Shown here piece by piece: positions 25,087 to 36,388 of a stretch of DNA of 64,000 nt. The notes beneath the pieces are model-generated. The model ran no database searches. It was given only the letters and a program-made list of their open reading frames with translations, and had not been told where the DNA came from. Origin of the DNA: Lingula anatina (Eukaryota; Animalia; Brachiopoda); NCBI GenBank assembly GCA_051362555.1, contig CM120642.1:31248001-31312000 (forward strand). The letters run 5' to 3'. Position numbers and translations under genes: made by a program. Positions within the stretch are counted from its first letter, which is position 1. Every line of letters starts with the position of its first letter.

Positions 25087-28000
25087 ATGGAAGCGGTATG
25101 GAACTCAAGTCTGAGTCCGACCATGAGGAGAGACTGGGACTCGTATTGTAACAATAACGAATCATTTACAGGAGGATCCCTGCCCGCCATGCTGCTTCAG
25201 TATATCCCAATGATTCCCGAGTGTGGAGATTCCTTTCATCTCACGGACATTAAACGGTTTTTGTGCTTTAACATATTGGTCCATTTGTTCGTAAACGGTT
25301 TGTTCAAAGATTCCCCTTCCATTCTAAGAGCAATTATTCACGCCGGCATTCTGATGATACAAACATTTATACTGGACTTGATAGGTTTTTTTGACTGGTT
25401 CGATGCATTCACCTATGGTTTTGAACATTCCCAAATTTTAAGGAACCAGGTCATCTTCTTCCTGCTCTTGTCTTTTAAACTCCTTAGTACGTTTAGATGC
25501 AACACTATCATGGACAATTTATACGATCGGGCAATATGTGTTCTTTTCATACTTGGCGGCTCAATTTGTGTTTACATATATCCTGTGGGTTTTGTACGCC
25601 GACAGGATATAGACGAAGATACTTACCGGTTGCTTACGCGTGTTCTTGGTGTAATATGGGCAGTACCTACCGCAGTGTATAGCTTAGCGTGTGCTAATTT
25701 TTACTTCGTAACGGAACCCACTTTGGATCTGGAGGTAGGTCTTAATCGGGGGTTTGCTGACTGTTCTTTTAAGAAAATGTTTAAATATATTTTGTTTTAA
25801 ACGTTCAAGCAAATAACCCAATACTTGAGAGCATCTACAATTAAGCGCGTTTTGAAATACATGGATTGCTTGTTTGAATGTTAAATTTGAATTTAGGTAA
25901 ATAAATGCTACATAAGACAAAGTCGCACAATGTGTATGAACCATGTGTATGAAAAATGAATTCGAGTTCAACTATTAATCAGTAATGAATTAACTTTAGT
26001 TTCTTTGACAGTTTGAAGTGGATATTTTTCACGTGATTCATTTGAATTTGTTTCAGGACGGTAAGAATTGCTATGTCGCGTCCGCTACTATATGCATAGA
26101 AAGCACAGTCAAGACTATGTATTTTGACATGCGCAGCTCTGTTGAGAATGAACAAATGAGGAGGAAAATAACAAAAGCGTTTGAAATGGACCCTGGAACA
26201 AAAATGCGTTTTAAGTACAAGGGACAGGAGCTTGACAATTTTAAGCGCATATTTTTAGATTTCGATCCGTTTGACGACGTGGAAATACACGTTATCATTC
26301 TACATAAGCTAAAAGTAAGATATTTCGGTAACCAGTTCGTTAAAGTCTACTGTGGACGAGATGATTTGATATCACGGCTTAACACAAATATTGCTGAAAA
26401 TTTACAAATACCAAGAGCGTTGGTTCGACTGATGCAGAATAAAACGAAATGTGAAGAACACAGAACATGTGCCGATTACGGCCTTACTGGGTGCTCTGAT
26501 ATCCATATTAAACCAAATTCCATAGCCATACAGCTTGACAGCGGACTGATTCACAAAGAAGACATAAATATAAAAGCCAGCTTAGGTGATTACTTGAAGG
26601 CCCTTCACCTCGAAAACTTTAGATCACTAGATGTTTTTGCAATACATTCAGAAACTCAAGAAAGTCAGGGAAACCTGGATCCGGCCACGCCCCTGTATAA
26701 CTTTGTAAATCCTGATGCTGATATCCCCACACGGATCTTGGTTATGCACGGTGTCATTCGGGTTCAACTAACATTCCCGTCACCCGAGCTAAGGTACCTT
26801 CCTAGTCAGAAACACTGCCTTGTTCACGTAGAGTCAACAATAGGAGCCTTGAGAAGGCGCTTAAGAGCCAGTCACATTGTATTTGACAATAAGGACCTTT
26901 CTGATGATGCCACTATTGCCGAATGTGGACTGACAGACGATGCGTTATTATTTAACGACTCGACCCAGAAATTCTCCGTATTGACCCCGGAGGGGAACAA
27001 TCAGTTTTTCAAGTTAAGAGTGAGCAGTACTGTTAGGGACCTCAAAGAAAAAATACATGCAAAGACGAATATTAATCTCGAAGAGCAAAATTTAACCTAC
27101 AATGGGGAAACGCTGGAAAACGACAAAAGGCTTTTTGACTATAAGATCTATGGATGTGGCCAATCGATAACTCTGTCGAAACAAAGTCTGAGCGTCGTAG
27201 TTTCTCTCCCTGGCAACAATTCCACCACAGTCAAATTTCAACTGCATGATACGGTTCAGACGCTAAAGCGCTCTATTCATGAGAAAACTGAAATCTCGCC
27301 AGAAGAGCAGAGACTTTACCTGGACTCTCGCGAGATCTTTGACGACAGTGTTCTCTCCGAGGTAGGGTTAACATCCGATAAATCCATCACGTTAAAGAAA
27401 AGAAAAGCCCTTAAGTTGAAGGAGGAGTGGAGGCAAAAAAGCATACGCTGGAAAAAGAAATTTAAAGATTTTGTTCAGTTAACTGAAGATGACTTTGAGG
27501 ACGTTGCTGGGCTTTACTTGTGTACCAAAGACCCGAAATTCCGTATCAGCCGCGGGTAGGATTGACTTCGTTGGGTTTATAAATAACATTTCATATTTCT
27601 TAATGAATTAGACATGTGAACTTTTTAAGCTGTTTTATTTATTGTACTAAGCTCTTAGTTACAAAGTTCTTCACTCAATATTTAATATGTAAAAGGCAAA
27701 TCGTAGTTTTAATCTTCTATCCAGAATATCCAAACGTTTGCCTTTTTATTCATAAATTAACTTATATTTCCAGAAGCGAAAGCACAGACGTGTATTTGGG
27801 CATCCTAGGCGACGGGACCGAAGTTGCCGTAAAACGGTATTTGACATCCAACTTCCAAGACCTGTATAACGAGCTGGACCTGCTGTTAGTGCTGGACCAC
27901 CCACGCATCGTGCGCTACCGGACCGTGGTTCGCGACAAATCCTTTGCCTATCTGGTGCTGGAATTGGGGGAATACACACTAAAGGAGTACATTGAGATCT

Positions 28001-31000
28001 TAAAACGCAGCAATCGTTTGAAAGAAAAAGGTCCAACCCTCGTTCGTGAAATTATGGAAGGATTAGATGTTCTGCACAGTTCCGAGCGGAAGATACTGCA
28101 TAGGGACTTAAAGGTGGGTAGTAAATCTGCACATTCTTAAAGTAAGTAACCATACCCAGTTACATTTTTGTGAATTTACCGATAGAAAACCAAATACCCC
28201 CATTATCTAGAAAAGTTTCCTGGTTTACGTTTACGTTCAATTTTAAAAAAACTGAGATTTATAATCGATTAGATTTTGTATATTTTAAGTATCATATCAC
28301 TTTTAAATCGTTCGTTTTGGCGATACATATATATATATATTCCGTTTACTGTTTCTGCCTCAGCCTCAGAACGTGCTTATTGACTGCAAAGGGCATGCGA
28401 AATTGGCCGACTTTGGAATCAGTAGGAGACTGAACGCCGACCAGAGCACTTTAGTTACAAAGGCAGTTGGTAAGCGTTCCTATAATAATGAACTATTCAA
28501 GCTTATTTATGATAAAGCATCTTGTTTTCATGCAATCCTCTGTAGTGAAAGTTCTAAAAAGCAACCAGGGATGATATATTTCATGGATTGTTTGCCGAAG
28601 CAACTATTCCTAAGCTTAAGTCCAATATAACATTAAATTACTTAAAAGTAAATTTTAAAATTTTAGGAACTCTGCGTTGGCAGGCAAAGGAGACAATAGT
28701 TAATTCACAGACAGCGCCATACCGCAGCAGGACAGATATTCAGGTAGTTCAAGAAATGACTATGCAAATATTCGGGGAATTTTTTTCTCGAATCATTCGA
28801 AAATATCTTAGATAATTTTTTTAAATTTTATTAAATGATGTAATGAGGTATATTAAGGCATATATTAAAAGAGTTAAATCTGAACTGATTTCTTCCTTAT
28901 TGCCAGCTCTTCTTATTTTCATGAGATATTCGAAACTTTCATTTCGTTTCATTTTATGTGTCATGAATGACATGAAAAAATAACGTGCTTATTCATTTTA
29001 GCTCCACGGTTTCTTCATGAAATATCAGTGCAGCACATCCTATTTAACGCCAGCGATTTGCATTCTTGTGTTTTATTTGTCCACTTTTCGTGGAGTTTTG
29101 TAAACAAAACAATCTGTTTACCTTCACAGACAGCAGGAATGTTGATGTACTATTTCCTATCTGGAGGACATCATCCTTTCGACCAAAACAACGATTCCGA
29201 CCCATACTTTGTCAGGCAGAACATTGTCACCGGAAACTATGACGTATCACAGCTTGCAGACGACATTGCATGTGATCTGATAGAATGGATGTTAGCGCCT
29301 AATCCTGAAGACAGACCATATTCAAGGGACGTTTTGATGTAAGCGATTGCATTGATGTGATTGCATGTTTTAATTTTAATGTGGTAACATGTTTAAATCT
29401 AGAAGATGAGATAGTTCTTCACAAGTATTTACCAAAGTGGCCATTATTCATATTATTGTAACGACGACGTCGACGTTCTGGAGTCTTCAATCATTTATTC
29501 ACCACTCACTTTTCATACAATTTTACCCGTTTTATACTCTAATTCTCCGTACCTATCACGCGTGTAATTATGTTCTTTTTATTGTTTATGGCGTGATTTC
29601 CAGAAACTTTCCATTGTCATGTTGACCTTACCATAGAACATTCCCTTATTAGGCAATGTCTAAGAGCCTTGTTTTCAACTAAACTTATCCAAAATACTAT
29701 TTGCATTACTCATACTTGAATCATGTCCAAAACTCAGAACTTTATCATGTGATAAACAGTTGATCAAAATTAAAATCTGTTATGAAATTAACCAATCACA
29801 TTAAATGTTATTGACTTTGACCTTTTCCATCTTTTTCTGACACTAAAAACATGTTCTACACTTGTTGACTCTTGATGAAACTAATTTACACTCAATATCA
29901 CTAACTTTTCATCTATTTGATTTCCCTTTTATTACTAATTGTAATTAGTGTAAGCGTAAGTCATTAACTTTACAACAATAAATATACCTGTAAGCGGTTC
30001 TGTATTATTTTTAATTTTTGATTTAGTTGAACTTTCCAAAAATTTACAAATTACCTAAATATGCTGTCTGTGTCTGTGGTATTGCGAAACGTTGATATTT
30101 TTTCAAGACTACTCTGATGTTTTACCTTTATTTATTGTTCAAATGAAGTGACTACTTGCATTTGGCATGTTTTTCCACAGTCTGCTTTCGATTTTAGACA
30201 CCCATTTTTCTGGGATACAGAAAGCCGGTACAAGTTTGTTCTAGCAGTTGGAGACGAGAAGGAAGTGAAGGAAAGGTGAGTTTTTTATTTCTCACAATTC
30301 AATTAACTTTGCATAATACCCATTCCCAAATCAATATTCATAATTATGATGTTCGTATTTCAGACTTACATGTGGAACTTAATTAAGATATGCGTGACCC
30401 TCATCTGTTTAGAATTTGAGGCATACATGTAGCTATACATGTAAAAGATCACCCACGTTCATGATTCTACAATTGTTTCTAGATTCATTGATTCATTCAT
30501 TTATTCTCTCAATCGGTACGTTTATGATGCATTAACACACTGCATGGTTTTCAAGCTATTCACATCTATAATCGTAAAATCCCTCTCGATCAGTTCCAGA
30601 AACCGTGCCCATCCCGTGGTACAAGGCATCGACAACATAACGCCGACATGGCCAGCTGGTGGCACTCAATGGGTAAGTAGCCTCTCAACTCCACAACTCT
30701 TTGTTACAACTGTGATTTTGCTTCTTTTTAAAGGGATTACAACTGTTCATTTTGGCCAGAAAATGAATTTTCTGGGGTAAATACCAATATTCCCATACCT
30801 ACCAATGGTTAATGAATCCATTTCTATATTCGAAGTTAGTTCTTGTTTTTTTTTTCTAAAAACTTTGCTTTTTGTAATAATCTCTTAAGAAAGTATAGCC
30901 ATCTATGGAGGTCACGTGGTCGGATGGCAAGCACAGATTTCAGATTTGTTGCTATAACTGCCGTTTTTGTGGTAAAATATAATATATGTTTCTATGAGTT

Positions 31001-32037
31001 GTTTACAATGTATTTATTGTGAAATATAGATTTCATTCTAGGAGTTGTTTTCTCTTTAGTTTTCATACAAATGTATGTATAAATGTATTAATGTTTATAC
31101 AGTGTTCTACTCGGGTACTTTTAGCTCCTGAACGGCAATTTAGATATTTTCGTTCTATCAGTGTGAATAAAAGACTGAATAATAGACTCCTTTCATATAA
31201 ATTACCAGTTATTCTATGTCAATCCTCTTTTTCTCTAGCAACAGTGTATAGAGCCCGCACTGGTTTCCGCAATGACAGCTAGGCGGCCCTACGGAAGCGG
31301 CATATGTGATTTGTTGAGGTTTATTAGAAATGTGGACGTTCACCTGAAAGATAAGTGAGTGAAATTTTACTGTTTTATAACTTTTAATTTGAAGAAATGA
31401 TCTCTACTTTATTAATGTTCCTGTATAAAGAAAAAGGAAAGAAAACATTTTCTGTAGTATGACAAACTTTATTTTTTTATTTTTGTAGAACTATACCTAT
31501 AACATTATGACATACCTGTAGCGAGTAGAATCTTTCTTAATTTTTAAAGTGTTTAAATTCCAAATAAAAGAGTGATACACCCCATTTCCATAGATTTTTA
31601 GATCGATCTATCCCTGTGGGGAGTCTCACCAGATTACTGACAGCTTGGCCGGCTTAAGCGTCTGTCCCGCCTACTAAAAGCTGTAAGGGGGTAATTAACT
31701 ATGGTGCCCGCTCGACTAACTGCAATTTAGCGTGAACCCCCAGGGAGTAAGGTCGATCTAAAACTTAATCTTTAGATCGATCTAAATCTCTGGGAAAGCA
31801 CCCAAAGACTTGGTGGTACCGAATGTCACTTATTTCTGAATAATTCCATTTTCCAGGCCTCCTTCATTGCAGCAGACGATCGGCCAGCCGATAGAGTATT
31901 TCACTAAGTGTCTTCCGTTTGATACGTTGTTTATGGGGCTGTACAAAGTTTTAAGGAGTACCCGAAACTCCGCAGACGACTGGACTGTGCGGCCATCTTT
32001 CAAAGACAGTTTCCATGCACAAAATTCGCACATTTGA
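25087..32037 (+). CDS. IRE1/RNase L-family kinase-endoribonuclease with N-terminal multi-pass membrane region and tandem ubiquitin-like domains (about 1110 aa)
   Basis: Exons 25087-25734, 26057-27555, 27774-28113, 28364-28469, 28667-28743, 29130-29338, 30198-30275, 30594-30672, 31239-31354, 31857-32037 join in frame (3333 nt, TGA). Kinase motifs RGSESTDVYLG, VAVKR, HRDLKPQN, DFG, GTLRWQAKE, DIQTAG, GGHHPF. KEN motifs HPFFW and YGSGICDLLRFIRNVDVH. Ubiquitin-like segments e.g. TVRDLKEKIHAKTNINLEEQNLTYNGETLENDKRLFDYKI. A further in-frame upstream exon (24740-24787 spliced to 25009) is possible. Linkage of exon 1 is the least certain part. Confidence 0.85.
30732..31055 (-). mobile_element. Family D element, copy 3 (kinase-RNase intron, reversed)
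   Basis: Starts TTAA-agggattacaact; reverse complement aligns with 17637-17971 (e.g. caactcatagaaa, taccacaaaaacggcagttatagc). Confidence 0.75.
31580..31803. mobile_element. Palindromic MITE, family A, copy 3 (reversed)
   Basis: Core ggggtaattaact is the reverse complement of the family A core; inverted ends with tagatcgatcta. Confidence 0.6.
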
Positions 32038-33812
32038 GAGACAAGCATTTTCATGTTAAGAATCGGGGAAAAGCTTTGTGATTTATGATTCAGTCTCAAA
32101 AAGTGCAGTTTTATTTGTCAGCGAGTCAATCTGTTTGCTATTATAATACACAAGGGTGTATTTGGCGGGAGATTTAAGGTTAATTTCCCTTAAGTACTAC
32201 TAGTTAACAAGAAAATTAGGTTATTTTATGTGCAGGTGAATTATAATAATATTGCATGCTTCTTCATTCCGTACTTTATTTTTTTATAAATAATATATAA
32301 CTACGATTGGTCGAACCGATTTTAAACTTTTGTTTTTTGTGAGTTTATGTTATAGTATTCAAGAAACATTTTTTGATAAAATCTATCGTCAAATATTGCA
32401 TACGTAGGGTTCACATAGTGGTAACTAACACCATCAATAATGATTTACTTTTTATGAAAAGGTTTTTGGCACCTTCACAGCAGTTCAGTGAACAGTCAGC
32501 ACACTGCTTGTAAACGGTTCTAATGTAGTGATTTGCATCCTAATTTTGGCCAAGCTTTAATAGGAAACACAATAATGAAGATAATATTCATTATGTATTC
32601 CACATATTATCAACTTCACTCTCACATTTTACGTAAGTACAGTTAGAACATTCCCAATGCACGTATAAAGACTTCTAGTGTCCACGTGGTGTTTGATAAT
32701 ATGTACAAGTATGTTGACAAAAACAGTTGTTGATATACCGACACGGCACACAACCAAATGTATTATTATACATTGTTTAACTTACATTAAGGAATAAACA
32801 TTGGTCTTAATCAGAGAACATTTGCCTCACGATTCGCCAGCTCGTAGTCTTCTTTTCGTGGTGCTCGAAAACCTTTTTACTACTGAATGCCCCAGTGTCT
32901 TTTCCGGTCTTTCTCATCATTTATATCTGCATAGTAGCAAACACTCCCCCCTCCAACCCGGCTGTGACACTGCAAGACATTGAAAACATCATTAATGTCT
33001 ATAGTTGATATCTTCGGCGTCGAATTAGTCTAGATATATCGTTATGAATTTGCTCCCTAACGACCTTACTGTAACATTGTGTCCATTCGATACATCTTTA
33101 TCATGATGCGGTTTCACAAAGTTTATCTTAATTTGTTGACCGAAAAGTTGAGTCGGTTTGCCCAAAGACATATATTAGCAATAGTACATTCAAATGGGGA
33201 TGATAGTCCTGTTTTACAAAATGCAAAAGAAAAAAAAAGTTCGCCCTTAAGACCAACTGCCGCTAGCTATAGACTCTTTAAGGCCGTGCTAAAATCTAAT
33301 GCTCCGTCGCTAGTTAGGGCACTTAACCAAACTTTTGGAAATGATCTGAGTGCTACATGTATACTGCTTTCTAAAATTATATTCCCGACGCGTAGTGTTT
33401 CAGCCTTGTTGCTGATAGGTAACATGGGGCTCCGCCTCATGCGGATTCTAACAGGTATCTTGGCCCCTGTGCCGTCTCCTGGCAATGCCGACAGTCCCGA
33501 TTTAGGCTACCTCAGATGATTAACATTGATGCCGTTCTGAAACAAGTGGCTGTTCTTATCATTCCCGTCTGTTGACTCAGAGGTTTATTTGTATTTGGAA
33601 AGCCTGGGGCTTAGCGGGCACAAGATAACACAATGATTCTGAATGAACCCCGTCAGAAGTAGGCCAGATTGGTGAATGTATACAAGGCAGGTTGTACGAT
33701 ACAGAATATTCGTCTAGCTACATTAGAACAAGCTTCTCTGTCTGCAGAAAGATATTCTTAGCCCAAGAGGCAGCTCTTTACAGCTGCAGAGAACACGGTT
33801 GCTCTGAGCATT

Positions 33813-34556
33813 ATGGACAAAACAACAGAGAAGACAGAGTCTGAAAAGAATGGCTTGACAGAGAAAGCATGGCCAAAGGTGGTCAAAAACATTTACATCA
33901 ACTTTATTTGGATTGCTCTGGTGAGTTTTGTATTCAAACATCAATCACTCTATGTTATATGTGTTAAAACTTTAATTTCCGAAACCATGTACAATGCAAT
34001 GCACCTGGATAACGGGTCACAGAGCGAATCCTAACACTGGATATAATTACAGATGTTTCTATGGCTGCTCTACTTGCTGTGTACAATCCGGTGAGCATTT
34101 TTCCACAATTGCGTCATTACCCATCCAGCATGTGGTACATGTATAATATTCACGTGTTCTTAACACGTCAAAAGTCTTGATTAACTTGGGCTATGTAACA
34201 TTTACTTATTTACTAAAGCATACATTTATTTGCGGGGTAGAGTTCAGTCTGACAACAACTCCCTTATCAATACGGCCACTTAATCTGAAGCTATTTTACA
34301 CTCTAAACTTGTGCAATGTATGTGACACAAAAAACTGTTTATATCACTTCTGATGATGCGCATGTCATCGCATAGACAGATCCCGTGGGAGGTCAGGGGA
34401 CTGCAGAACCAGGGATTTGCAAGTTAAATGTGAACTTTGAATATGTATTTGTGCAGGAACCTACGTGATCTAAATGGGTTATATTTGTGTCCTCAAACAG
34501 ATACTGGCATATGTTGGTTTTTCTTAAGTCTCTCTCTCTCTCTCTTTCTCTCACTC

Positions 34557-34598
<42 letters not shown>

Positions 34599-36388
34599 TT
34601 CGGACATTTACTCAGTTAATTATGAGACCATAGATTTAATGGATAACAAACATATCAATTTCCAGGGAATGGCGTTGGAGCTGACAGGACCCTCATTACA
34701 AGACCTGAAGGACAGGGTGGACAGCAATTACGAAGAAATAGCCAGAGCAGTCATAGGACGCTCAGCCGGTTTCTTCGTCGGGTCATTTGGAGGTGGCTTT
34801 CTATGTGACCGGTTCCAAAGACACGTGGATCTAATCCTTGTTGCGTTCTTATGTGTGGCTGCTGTGGGAACGTTCATAATCCCCTGGTGTTCGGTTTTAC
34901 CACTTCTCTGGTTTATGTTCGTCCTGCAGGGGATGTCAGAAGGTGTACTGGCCACGGGTAAGAAAAAAGAGAAAAAAGGGTCTAGCAGATAAAAAACAAA
35001 TGATGCTAAATGATATACTTGCCCTACTTTTGTCTGTTGCAATACAAAGGCTTTTCTGCCTGTTCACTGTTAAACGATTACACAGTTTATGTGAATTATA
35101 ACAGTGAAAGTTTTCTTGCAGCAGATTATTGATGCAATAAGCAAGTGTTTAGTTAATATAATAAAAGCATGGCATGTTCTCAAAGCAATTCTGTTTGAAA
35201 ATATTGTATTTCTATTCAGGCGCCCACGTGGTAATTCTGAGACTATGGGGAGAAGAAACGGCACCATCGGTGTATTCCTTGCACCTCTCGTATGGTATCG
35301 GGGCTTTCCTGTCGCCCCTGGTGGCGAAGCCCTTCCTCTCCAAATCCGCTCCGATTCCGGACGGCTTGAAAGATGGAAACATGTCGCTTTTTGCAAACTT
35401 GTCTACGCACAGTCCACTTGATTTACAGATATTGCAGTCCACCCCGGCCTTTGAGACAGTCTTTGGTGCCTTAGTGTCCAACATAACCAACAATATAACC
35501 CATGCTAACAGCACATCTTACGTCGTAAGTCAATCACCGATTGAGTATGGCTATAGTATTGCTGGCATAGCATTGTCAGTCATGATTCCCTTTGGTTTGT
35601 TCTTCCAAATTAAACGCTTCCCTAAAGTTGAAATTAAAATCAAGGATCCTACATTTGTGAATATATTTTCGCCGGGCACTTGCGCTGAAGGGGACACCGT
35701 TTTTGGTTTCAAAATTTTCATTTTGTTGTTTCTGTTTTACTTTCATGGGATAGGAGGAGTTGAGCATAGCTGGGGGAAATACTTATTCAGTTTTGCCAGA
35801 GAGAGCGAGAATCATTTCTCGAAAGATGAAGCTGCTGTTCTAAATTCCGTTTACTGGGGTGGGTTTTGTCTGGGGCGAATATCTGGCGTACTATTCTCCA
35901 AATGGGTCCATCCGGCCGTTCTGCTGGTGATCGTCCTGTCGGGCAACATCACATCATCCGCCATATTGGCCTTTATCGGGTATAGAGACCGTATAGTCAT
36001 GTGGGTTTTCACCTTTCTGTTCGGTGTGACCGTGAGTGTCATATTTGGTGCGTGTGTGGCCTGGACCAATCACTACATGACCGTGACCGGCATGGCTGTT
36101 GGGGTACTTTACATAGGAACTGCAGCGGGGGGTTTGCTCTACCAATGGCTGGCAGGGTATCTCCTGCAGTACTACGGCCCCAATGCCATGATGTATATGA
36201 TATTAGCGTGCGGCGTTGTCGCAGGCGGCTTGTTTGCTACAATGCAGTTCTTAATGATGACAGCGTCTGTTAAAGACAATGAAAAAGACTCTGTGTCTGA
36301 TAAAGAGAGTAAAAACTCGGTTAATGAGTATGAATTAGTTAATTGTGATGAAAAGGTGGAGGATATGCACAAAGAAGATAAAGTATGA
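33813..36388 (+). CDS. Major facilitator superfamily transporter, MFSD4/NaGLT1 (sodium-dependent glucose transporter 1)-like, 522 aa
   Basis: Exons 33813-33920, 34666-34957, 35220-36388 in frame (1569 nt). Motifs GPSLQDL, GGFLCDRF, LHLSYGIGAFLSPLVAKPFL, SVYWGGFCLGR, and about 12 hydrophobic segments. Confidence 0.88.
34528..34597. repeat. (TC)n(AC)n compound microsatellite
   Basis: Read directly. Confidence 0.9.

Noticed and set aside
28935-28954. IRF/ISRE-like GAAA repeats in a kinase intron
   Set aside because: 1-bp spacing in AT-rich DNA, expected by chance.
25087-32037. Calling the gene IRE1/ERN1 or RNASEL
   Set aside because: No signal peptide plus luminal domain and no ankyrin repeats; orthology cannot be claimed without a phylogeny.
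33079-33519. 146-aa ORF upstream of the MFS gene
   Set aside because: Non-ATG start, no recognisable motif or exon structure; probably promoter or repeat sequence.
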